Source: Minisyncoccota bacterium
GTDB taxonomy: Bacteria > Patescibacteriota > Minisyncoccia > Phycocordibacterales > Phycocordibacteraceae
DNA length: 38,309 bases
Direction of reading: 5' to 3'
Assembly: GCA_028687085.1 (NCBI GenBank)
Contig: JAQUAU010000001.1
Coordinates: forward strand, 1-38,309
The position numbers and the translations under genes are program-made. Positions within the stretch are counted from its first letter, which is position 1. Each line of letters starts with the position of its first letter. Positions 17,147 to 24,289 of the stretch are shown here, one piece after another. A model generated the notes under the pieces. It was given only the letters and a program-made list of their open reading frames with translations, was not told where the DNA came from and did not search any database.

Positions 17147-19168
17147 ATGATCCAGATCGAAACATTTCCGTTTGAGAAAGAAAAATTCGATCAACTGAAG
17201 GGCTATCATTATGGGCTGAATTGGCCGGTCGTTTACATACAAGAAAATGGAAAGGAAATGTACATCGGGCAGACTACCGATGTGTATAGTCGAAGTAAGC
17301 AGCATTACGAAAATCCTGCCAGAGCTCGTCTGACTAAAATTCACATACTCACCGACGAGGAATTCAACTTATCTTCAGCTTTTGATTTCGAGTCACTCTT
17401 GATTCAATACGTCTCAGCAGAGGATGGTTTCAAGTTGCAGAACAGAAATGGCGGCTTAATAAATCACAATTATTACGACAAAGAAAAATATACAGCGAAA
17501 CTCGAGACAGTCTGGCCAAAACTTCAAGAAATTGGTTTAGTTAAACAGGAAATAGCCGACATCAAGAATAGTGAATTTTTTAAATATTCTCCATATAAAG
17601 CCCTAACCGAAGACCAGTTATTGGTAGCTAAGAAGATAGAAAAAAGTATTAGGAAAGGAAATACAGCAGCGCATGTTATTAACGGTGGCCCTGGAACGGG
17701 AAAGTCTATACTTGCTCTCTATCTTCTTAAGCATATGAAAGAGGAAGAGGATACGAAACACCTCAAAATCGCTCTGGTTGTTCCAATGAGTGGATTGAGA
17801 AATACGCTGCAACGAGTATTAAAACGGGTCCCGGGCATGGGGGCCGATTTGGTGATAGGTCCAAGCGATGTTGTTAAAAAAGAGTATGACGTACTTATTG
17901 TAGATGAAACGCACAGATTGCGTCGTCGAGTAAATTTGGCCAACTTTGGGTCCTACGATTCAACCAATAAGAAACTGGGTCTTTCTAAGGACGCAACACA
18001 GCTTGATTGGATCATTGCATCTTCCAAGCAGCAGATATTTTTTTACGACAGCAGACAGACTGTGGTTCCCGGGGATGTTCGACCCGGAGATTTTAGGAAA
18101 CTAGGAGCCGTGCAGTACGAGCTAACAAGCCAAATGCGTATACAGGGCGGTGAGGATTATTTGCAATTCGTTGATGATTTATTAGATCTTAAATTAGAAG
18201 GTAGTTTCCAATCGGCAAAATATGATTTCAAAATGTATGAAGACATTGGCGAAATGGTGCGAGATATTAAAATCAGAGATTCCGAGCACAAACTGGCTAG
18301 AGTTGTTGCAGGATATGCATGGTCTTGGAACACAAAAGGAGGTAAGGAGGGACATGATATCGAGATTGGTGACCTAAAACTCGTATGGAACAGTACCAAT
18401 ATTGATTGGGTAAATTCAAAAAATGCGATAAATGAAGTCGGCTGCATCCATACCGTTCAAGGGTATGACTTAAATTATGCGGGAGTGATTATCGGACCAG
18501 AGCTCTCTTACGATGAAAATTCGGGAACATTAGTGGTTGATGAGAAGAAATATAAAGATATCAATGGCAAACGATCGATTACCGACCCGGATGAGTTAAA
18601 GCGATATGTCATCAATATTTACAAAACATTATTAACGCGAGGTATAAAAGGAACCTACGTGTATGTAGTAGATGAGAAGTTGCGAAAGCATTTTAATGAT
18701 CTAGTTTCGGACACTTCAAAAGATACTGAAATCCTTTATACAGCACCTGTTTTGTCGCCGATTACTATAGACATGATTCGCGTGCCCCTTGTCGGTTCTG
18801 CCCCTTGTGGCAATCCGTTGGTAGGAGAACAAAACATAGAAGAGTATATTTTGGTGGAGAAGTCGAAAATCAAGCCAGGATTTGAATATTTCATACTAAG
18901 GGCTGAAGGCGATTCTATGAATCTTAGAGACATAAATGACGGCGATCTTGTGTTATGTCGTTTGCAAGAAAAGGCCGAAACAGGCGACCGTGTCGTGGCT
19001 CTCCTTGGAGGTGAAAATGTCACTATTAAAGAATATGGCCCACGAGTAGACGGTGTCCGCTTACTGATTCCGAAGAGCACAAATAAAAAGCATATGCCGA
19101 TTACTCCCGACGAGGGCGACAGCGTACAGGGTGTTGTGCAGGAAGTTATTAAATCGGAAAATGAATGA
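17147..19168 (+). CDS. Fusion protein: GIY-YIG nuclease + DUF2075 (Schlafen-helicase-like) P-loop NTPase + LexA/UmuD-type S24 peptidase
   Basis: aa 25-105 form the GIY-YIG domain (VVYIQENGKEMYIGQTTDVYSRSKQH...N). Walker A is GGPGTGKS (aa 180-187) and the DExH-like motif is VLIVDETHRL (aa 249-258). DUF2075-type LTSQMRIQGGEDYLQFVDDLL and IHTVQGYDLNYAGVIIG are present. aa 545-667 match LexA/UmuD: RVPLVGSAPCGNP...AEGDSM...VTIKEY. Confidence 0.75.
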   Translation: MIQIETFPFEKEKFDQLKGYHYGLNWPVVYIQENGKEMYIGQTTDVYSRSKQHYENPARARLTKIHILTDEEFNLSSAFDFESLLIQYVSAEDGFKLQNRNGGLINHNYYDKEKYTAKLETVWPKLQEIGLVKQEIADIKNSEFFKYSPYKALTEDQLLVAKKIEKSIRKGNTAAHVINGGPGTGKSILALYLLKHMKEEEDTKHLKIALVVPMSGLRNTLQRVLKRVPGMGADLVIGPSDVVKKEYDVLIVDETHRLRRRVNLANFGSYDSTNKKLGLSKDATQLDWIIASSKQQIFFYDSRQTVVPGDVRPGDFRKLGAVQYELTSQMRIQGGEDYLQFVDDLLDLKLEGSFQSAKYDFKMYEDIGEMVRDIKIRDSEHKLARVVAGYAWSWNTKGGKEGHDIEIGDLKLVWNSTNIDWVNSKNAINEVGCIHTVQGYDLNYAGVIIGPELSYDENSGTLVVDEKKYKDINGKRSITDPDELKRYVINIYKTLLTRGIKGTYVYVVDEKLRKHFNDLVSDTSKDTEILYTAPVLSPITIDMIRVPLVGSAPCGNPLVGEQNIEEYILVEKSKIKPGFEYFILRAEGDSMNLRDINDGDLVLCRLQEKAETGDRVVALLGGENVTIKEYGPRVDGVRLLIPKSTNKKHMPITPDEGDSVQGVVQEVIKSENE

Positions 19169-19205
19169 ATCAGAACTGCCGATGGGGAAGTACAGGTACG
19201 GAGTG

Positions 19206-19580
19206 CTATAACCTTCCTTTTACAGGAAATGTTTTCGGTGTTTCATTATGATTGAGCAGGCTTCTCACGATCTCTTCCGGTTCATGGCCGTTTTTGAGTT
19301 TGTACCATCTGAAGACAGATCGTACTGCGAGGACTAGGGTGATGATTCCCAAAACGATGAAGATGGATCGTATGGTCTCGCCCGGAATGTAGCCGATATC
19401 TCGGAAAGTTTCTGTGAGATATCCGGTGGAGAGCGAAGCAAAGGCGATACCGCCGAATCCGAAGGCTGAGTTCGATGAATTGTAGAATTCCTTTGAGCGA
19501 AACAACCTTAAGACAAGGGAATCTTTGTTGATTATGATAACGTCCCTGTCTCTGTTGTCGTGTTCTTTAAATATTTTCAT
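19206..19580 (-). CDS. Hypothetical 2-TM membrane protein (124 aa)
   Basis: ORF with two hydrophobic segments, divergent from the XRE gene. No family recognised. Confidence 0.45.
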   Translation of the reverse strand: MKIFKEHDNRDRDVIIINKDSLVLRLFRSKEFYNSSNSAFGFGGIAFASLSTGYLTETFRDIGYIPGETIRSIFIVLGIITLVLAVRSVFRWYKLKNGHEPEEIVRSLLNHNETPKTFPVKGRL

Positions 19581-19635
19581 GCGGTGACATCTTAGCGAAG
19601 GGTATTTTAGTTGTCAACTATTCGACCAAGATGGA

Positions 19636-19685
19636 TTGACTTCTTTACATCATTTGTGTATGCTTGCTCATATGAGCATGCATAC
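19636..19685 (+). promoter_or_regulatory. Promoter (TTGACT-N17-TATGCT) overlapped by a 28-bp near-perfect palindrome (candidate XRE operator)
   Basis: TTGACT at 19636..19641 and TATGCT at 19659..19664. The palindrome GTATGCTTGCTCATATGAGCATGCATAC at 19658..19685 has a perfect core TGCTCATATGAGCA and covers the ATG at 19672. Confidence 0.55.
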
Positions 19686-20364
19686 ACAAAAAATAAAGGA
19701 ATTACGGCTCGAAAAAGGATTGAGCCAGGATCGAGTTGCCCAAGCCATTGGCGTCTCGCGCCCCACCTATACCGCTATTGAGGCAGGGAAGCAGAAGCTC
19801 GACCTTGAAGAGGCGAAGAAGCTGGCAGACCTCTTTGGCATCGATGTAGATGCGCTCCTCTCGGGGAACATCCCCAACTTCGAGAAGTATAAGCACATGA
19901 TCCTCGCGTACCTGCGCATGAAGCTTTCTGCTGACTGCAAGGTTCCCAAAACGAAGCTCGCGAAGCTTCTCTACCTCGCCGACTTCGCGTGGTTCTATGA
20001 CCATCTCGAGAGCATGAGCGGTATGCAGTATAGGAAGATTGCTTACGGCCCAGTGCCGGACTTATTCTTCAGGGCTATCGATGAACTCGAAGAGAGCGGC
20101 AAGATTGTGATTGAAAGGAAGAATGACGATGGCAGAGAGATGTTCCTAATATGCGAGGCTGAAAGCAATAAGAATGAGAAGCTCGAAACTATCACTAAGA
20201 ATGAAAAGGGCTTGATGTCTGACATCGCGAAGAAGTGGAAGGATAAGAAGACGAAAGATATCGTTAATTTCACGCATAATCAGTTGCCGTATTTTCTCTG
20301 CAGAGAGGACGAGCTCATTCCCTACGAGCTCATCACGCAGGAGGATCCCGATAAGGTGTATTAA
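19672..20364 (+). CDS. XRE-family HTH + DUF4065 (Panacea) domain antitoxin-like protein
   Basis: HTH region IKELRLEKGLSQDRVAQAIGVSRPTYTAIEAGKQ. DUF4065-like region KTKLAKLLYLADFAWFYDHLESMSGMQYRKIAYGPVP. The start is uncertain (19636 TTG, 19672 or 19678). Confidence 0.7.
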   Translation: MSMHTQKIKELRLEKGLSQDRVAQAIGVSRPTYTAIEAGKQKLDLEEAKKLADLFGIDVDALLSGNIPNFEKYKHMILAYLRMKLSADCKVPKTKLAKLLYLADFAWFYDHLESMSGMQYRKIAYGPVPDLFFRAIDELEESGKIVIERKNDDGREMFLICEAESNKNEKLETITKNEKGLMSDIAKKWKDKKTKDIVNFTHNQLPYFLCREDELIPYELITQEDPDKVY

Positions 20365-20371
20365 AAGAGGT

Positions 20372-20764
20372 ATGGACGTTCTGTACTCTGTACATGTTGA
20401 AGAGTTTGCAGAACGATACTTCATAAAGAAATTCCACAAGAAATATCAAGAGAAATGGGACACTACCTTAATTGCTATCAAGGCCGAGCTTAGCCGCATT
20501 GACAACTTGCTGCTGTCAAGTCGCGCAACTACCATTGCCCAGGGCGATGATGTGAAGATCATAAAGACTGAATTCAGAGTGGTGGGGACGAAGGAGTCTG
20601 CGAAGTCATCGGGTAACAGATGCATTGTGGCGTGGCATCCAAAAGAATTGTCTGTCTCTGTCCTGCTCGTATACAACAAGACAGATTTGAGTGGCAAGAA
20701 CGAGACGGCCGAATGGCAAGACATGATTCGAGAGAACTATCCACAGTATAAGAGCCTGTTTTAA
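20372..20764 (+). CDS. Putative toxin partner, RelE/ParE (Gp49/HigB-like) fold
   Basis: 130 aa, starting 7 nt after the antitoxin stop. KTEFRVVGTKESAKSSGNRCIVAWHPKELSVSVLLVYNKTD resembles the RelE-superfamily core (R...GKSGG.R.I......i.ll.vY.K.d). Confidence 0.45.
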   Translation: MDVLYSVHVEEFAERYFIKKFHKKYQEKWDTTLIAIKAELSRIDNLLLSSRATTIAQGDDVKIIKTEFRVVGTKESAKSSGNRCIVAWHPKELSVSVLLVYNKTDLSGKNETAEWQDMIRENYPQYKSLF

Positions 20765-20881
20765 TCACCGCTCTAGTGCCGTGATTCGCGGGGAGGGGCA
20801 GAAGGTCCCGCGGTTTAAGAGAGTTATGTAATCAGGGACTCACCCTCGCGGCATAAAAGTATTATCCATAATACATTTCAT

Positions 20882-21280
20882 ATGAAAGGATTCGTCACCA
20901 ATATTGAGCAGGCATCGATTGAGAACGACTATTTCAGAAAGGTGCTCTATACCGATGAACACGTCCAGCTCGTCGTGATGAGCTTGAAGCCCAGCGAGGA
21001 CATCGGCGAGGAGGTGCACCAGCTCGACCAATTTATCCGCGTCGAGGCGGGCGAGGGGAGCGCAGTCTTAGACGGCGTCGCGCACCCGATACAAGACGGC
21101 TCGGCGATTGTCATCCCGCAAGGCACGCGGCACAATATCATCAACACCTCGTCGGAGAATCCGATGAAGCTCTACACGCTCTATGCACCGCCGAACCATA
21201 AGGACGGCAAGGTGCACGAGACGAAGGCAGAGGCAGAGGCCGACGAGGCCGAGCACTTCGACGGCACAACGAGCGAATAA
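20882..21280 (+). CDS. Cupin-domain protein
   Basis: GEEVHQLDQFIRVEAGEGSAVLDG...IVIPQGTRHNIINTS matches the cupin_2 pattern. Confidence 0.7.
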   Translation: MKGFVTNIEQASIENDYFRKVLYTDEHVQLVVMSLKPSEDIGEEVHQLDQFIRVEAGEGSAVLDGVAHPIQDGSAIVIPQGTRHNIINTSSENPMKLYTLYAPPNHKDGKVHETKAEAEADEAEHFDGTTSE

Positions 21281-21324
21281 TAAGTCAGGCCCGCCGCCGG
21301 CAATCCACTTAGTTATTCTATTCT

Positions 21325-21342
21325 AGCATTTTGCAAAAAGCT
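21325..21342. promoter_or_regulatory. Copy 2 of the palindrome AGCATTTTGCAAAAAGCT, 20 nt upstream of the ArsR-family gene
   Basis: The 31-nt block 21321..21351 (TTCTAGCATTTTGCAAAAAGCTGAAATGATA) is identical to 21607..21637. Confidence 0.5.
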
Positions 21343-21362
21343 GAAATGATACACTAGGGGGT

Positions 21363-21635
21363 ATGACAACGAACTATCGGAAGATCGAAGGGGTGGTGAA
21401 GGGGTTCGCGAACCATCGGCGGCTCCAGATTATGGAGCTTTTGCAGGAGGAGCCGGAACTCTCGGTAGATGACATCGCCGAGAAGCTTCGCATCGGCTAT
21501 AAGAATACATCGGATCATATCCGCAAGATGGCGATTGCCGGCTTAGTGCTGAAGCGCAATGACGGTCCCTACGTTCGGCACAAGCTCGCCCCGCGTGGCG
21601 AGAACATTCTAGCATTTTGCAAAAAGCTGAAATGA
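21363..21635 (+). CDS. ArsR/SmtB-family winged-HTH transcriptional regulator
   Basis: FANHRRLQIMELLQEEPELSVDDIAEKLRIGYKNTSDHIRKMAIAGLVLKR matches the family pattern. Confidence 0.75.
   Translation: MTTNYRKIEGVVKGFANHRRLQIMELLQEEPELSVDDIAEKLRIGYKNTSDHIRKMAIAGLVLKRNDGPYVRHKLAPRGENILAFCKKLK
21611..21628. promoter_or_regulatory. Copy 3 of the palindrome, inside the last codons of the ArsR-family gene and 69 nt upstream of the 21698 gene
   Basis: Same 31-nt block as copy 2. It is read here in a different frame from copy 1, so conservation is at the DNA level. Confidence 0.5.
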
Positions 21636-21697
21636 TATAGGGACAGGAGGTGGAAGCAGGGTGATTGAAAGAAGGAGTGGAGTGGTAACATAAAGGC

Positions 21698-21931
21698 ATG
21701 GAACAAGAAACAAAAATGGATAGCTCGACGTGTTGCGGCAATCACGGTAAGAAGTGCGGGAAGATGCACGGGGGCGGTATGGGGTGCGTGTACGGGCTCG
21801 GATTTGTCGGCGCGGCTATTTACTATATCCAGCTCGCACCGACCTTCTGGGCGGGTGTCGTCGGATTCTTAAAGGCACTCGTCTGGCCGGCATTTCTCGT
21901 CTACAACGCACTCACGTACTTCGGTGTATGA
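21698..21931 (+). CDS. Small membrane protein with a Cys/His/Gly-rich N-terminus
   Basis: MEQETKMDSSTCCGNHGKKCGKMHGGGMGC followed by 2 TMs. The stop overlaps the next start (ATGA). Confidence 0.5.
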   Translation: MEQETKMDSSTCCGNHGKKCGKMHGGGMGCVYGLGFVGAAIYYIQLAPTFWAGVVGFLKALVWPAFLVYNALTYFGV

Positions 21932-22128
21932 AGAAGCTGTATCGTTCGCGCACCAATAAGATATTTGGCGGGGTAGCGGGCGGATTCGCCGAATACTTCG
22001 ACCTTGATCCGGTGATTATGCGGCTCTTCTTCTTCGGCCTCGTGTTCTCAGGAGCATTTCTCCTGGCCTATATCGCCGCGTGGATATTCGTCCCGCTCGC
22101 TCCTGAAGGAAAGGAGAACGGAATATAG
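21928..22128 (+). CDS. PspC-domain membrane protein
   Basis: LYRSRTNKIFGGVAGGFAEYFDLDPVIMRLFFF matches the PspC domain. An internal ATG of ORF 21754..22128 was used. Confidence 0.75.
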   Translation: MKKLYRSRTNKIFGGVAGGFAEYFDLDPVIMRLFFFGLVFSGAFLLAYIAAWIFVPLAPEGKENGI

Positions 22129-22153
22129 AATAATCTAGGGTACACTGTCCAGA

Positions 22154-23110
22154 ATGAAGGCTCGGATGGTTATATATCAAGCGAAGAACGGCGCAATTGA
22201 ACTGCGGGGTGATGCTTCGCGCGATACTCTGTGGGCTACACAGGCGCAGATTGCCGAAGTCTTTGGTGTTGAGCGGTCGGTCGTTACTAAACACATCAGG
22301 AATATCCTCAAAGATAAGGAACTAGAGACGCATGCAGTATGTGCAAAATTTGCACATACTGCCGCGGACGGGAAGGTCTACCAAGTCGAGCACTATAATC
22401 TCGATGCCATCATCTCGGTCGGCTACCGAGTCAATTCAAAGACCGCGACGCAGTTCAGACAATGGGCGACGAAGACGCTTCGCGAACATATAACGAAAGG
22501 ATATACGCTTAACCGAAAGCGGATTGGCGCGAACTACGTCGCTTTTATGAAAGCTGTGGGAGATATTCAAGCGCTCTTGCCGGAGCATGTCGCCCTCGAC
22601 CCAAAGAACATTCTGGAACTCGTGAAGGAGTTTTCAACGGTCTGGGTGTCGCTTGATGCGTACGACAAGGAGAAACTTACCGTAGTCGGCACAACAAAGC
22701 GCGCAATTAAGCTCACTGGATTGGAACTCGAAGAGACTATCGCGGATCTTCGTGCAGAGCTCATGAGAAAAGCGGAGGCTACTGAACTGTTCGCTCAGGA
22801 GAGGACAAAGGGAAGCGTCGAAGGAATCGTGGGGAACGTCATGCAGTCGTTTGGCGGCAGGCCCGTGTATCCGACTATTGAAGAAAAAGCGGCTCACCTG
22901 CTCTACTTCATGGTTAAAAATCACCCCTTTACCGACGGTAATAAGCGTTCGGGAGCGTTCTCGTTCATCTGGTTCTTGCGAAAGGCGAAAGTGAAAACGG
23001 CTCGGAACATCAATCCGGGCGCGCTTACGGCGCTCACTCTCTTGATCGCTGAAAGTAATCCAAAACGAAAGGATCAAATGGTCGCGCTTATCACTCAAAT
23101 CTTAAAATGA
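22154..23110 (+). CDS. RhuM-family N-terminal domain fused to a Fic/Doc domain (Doc-type motif)
   Basis: The RhuM-like region is VERSVVTKHIRNI...YNLDAIISVGYRVNSKTATQFRQWATKTL. The C-terminal motif HPFTDGNKR fits the Doc-type HxFx(D/N)(A/G)NKR. Confidence 0.7.
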   Translation: MKARMVIYQAKNGAIELRGDASRDTLWATQAQIAEVFGVERSVVTKHIRNILKDKELETHAVCAKFAHTAADGKVYQVEHYNLDAIISVGYRVNSKTATQFRQWATKTLREHITKGYTLNRKRIGANYVAFMKAVGDIQALLPEHVALDPKNILELVKEFSTVWVSLDAYDKEKLTVVGTTKRAIKLTGLELEETIADLRAELMRKAEATELFAQERTKGSVEGIVGNVMQSFGGRPVYPTIEEKAAHLLYFMVKNHPFTDGNKRSGAFSFIWFLRKAKVKTARNINPGALTALTLLIAESNPKRKDQMVALITQILK

Positions 23111-23826
23111 AGCATATCTTCTTCGACACCGAGACGACCGGCAATGGCGATAAGGACCGGCTTGTTCAGCTTGCGGTAAAGGAGCGGTTTATCGACGAGC
23201 CTCTCGTAAACGCCACCTACAAGCCGCCGGTCGCGATCTCGATCGAGTCGATGGCGATTCACCATATCACCGAGCGGATGGTAGCGAGTAGGCCGGCGTT
23301 TACCGACGCGCCGGAGTATGGGAGTGTGAAGGATCTCTTTGAGAGCGCTGAGACGATCGCGATCGCGCACAACGCGGCCTTCGACGTGGCGATGCTCGCG
23401 CGCGAGGGTATCACCCCGCGTCAGACCATCTGCACCTACAAGGTCGCCTACGCGCTCGACCCTGATGACGTGATGCCGAACTATCGGCTCCAGTACTTGC
23501 GCTATCTGCTCGACCTCGATGTTGAGGCCGAGGCGCACGACGCCTGGGGCGATGTGCTCGTCTTGGAGGCGCTCTTCGAACGGCTCCTCGATAAGATGAA
23601 GGAGCGGCACGGGACCGAGGAGGCCGCGCTCGAAGCGATGCTCGAGATCTCGGCGCGGCCGCTCCTCTTCACGACGCTCCGCTTCGGCAAATATAACGGC
23701 AAGCGGCTCGAGGACGTGGTGAAGACCGATCGCAGTTACCTCGAATGGTTGCTGAAAGAGAAGGAGCAAAATCCAGCAGGAGAGGCAGATTGGATATACA
23801 CGCTCAGGCAGTATCTGGGGAGGTAG
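23107..23826 (+). CDS. DEDDh 3'-5' exonuclease (ExoX/DnaQ-like) with a DUF3820/ExoX-C-like tail
   Basis: Exo I FFDTETTG, Exo II AHNAAFDVAML, Exo III HDAWGDVLV. The tail is RFGKYNGKRLEDVVKTDRSYLEWLL. The start overlaps the upstream stop (ATGA). Confidence 0.75.
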   Translation: MKHIFFDTETTGNGDKDRLVQLAVKERFIDEPLVNATYKPPVAISIESMAIHHITERMVASRPAFTDAPEYGSVKDLFESAETIAIAHNAAFDVAMLAREGITPRQTICTYKVAYALDPDDVMPNYRLQYLRYLLDLDVEAEAHDAWGDVLVLEALFERLLDKMKERHGTEEAALEAMLEISARPLLFTTLRFGKYNGKRLEDVVKTDRSYLEWLLKEKEQNPAGEADWIYTLRQYLGR

Positions 23827-23865
23827 AAGCGGTATACTAGGGGCATTAGCCATCAGTAACCCATT

Positions 23866-24237
23866 ATGGACATTTCACTCGTTATCGCGAAAGTGTTGGG
23901 GGTGTATCTGGTTGTCAGCGGTCTCTTTCTTATCTTCCGCGGTAAGACGGTCCCGCATCTCTTGAAGGACTTTTTCGGCCATCCGGCCGTCGTGTATCTC
24001 ACAGGCGTTATCCTCATCTTTCTCTCGACGCTCATGTTGCTCGAGAATAATATCTGGGACGGCACGTGGCGCACGATCATTACGATATTCCTCTGGCTCG
24101 TCCTCTTGAAGGGTTTGGCCTATATCTTCGTTCCTGATGCGCTCCAGAAGTTTGCGAACAAGAAGCTCCTCGAGATGGTAAGCGCCTACGGCCTTATCGC
24201 GATTATCGCCGGCGTCTCGCTCTTCTATCTCGGCTGA
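23866..24237 (+). CDS. Membrane protein (123 aa, about 4 TM)
   Basis: Hydrophobic ORF. No family recognised. Confidence 0.5.
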   Translation: MDISLVIAKVLGVYLVVSGLFLIFRGKTVPHLLKDFFGHPAVVYLTGVILIFLSTLMLLENNIWDGTWRTIITIFLWLVLLKGLAYIFVPDALQKFANKKLLEMVSAYGLIAIIAGVSLFYLG

Positions 24238-24289
24238 TTCTTCTCGGGTGAGATTGCTGAAGGCGCCCTAGTAGCGGTACTATACGAGC

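Larger units (their letters stand above)
14740..20800. other. AT-rich genomic island carrying defence and toxin-antitoxin genes; no integrase or transposase visible
   Basis: Composition drops sharply after the tspO stop and GC-rich sequence returns near 20.8 kb. The gene content is listed in the entries below. Confidence 0.7.
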
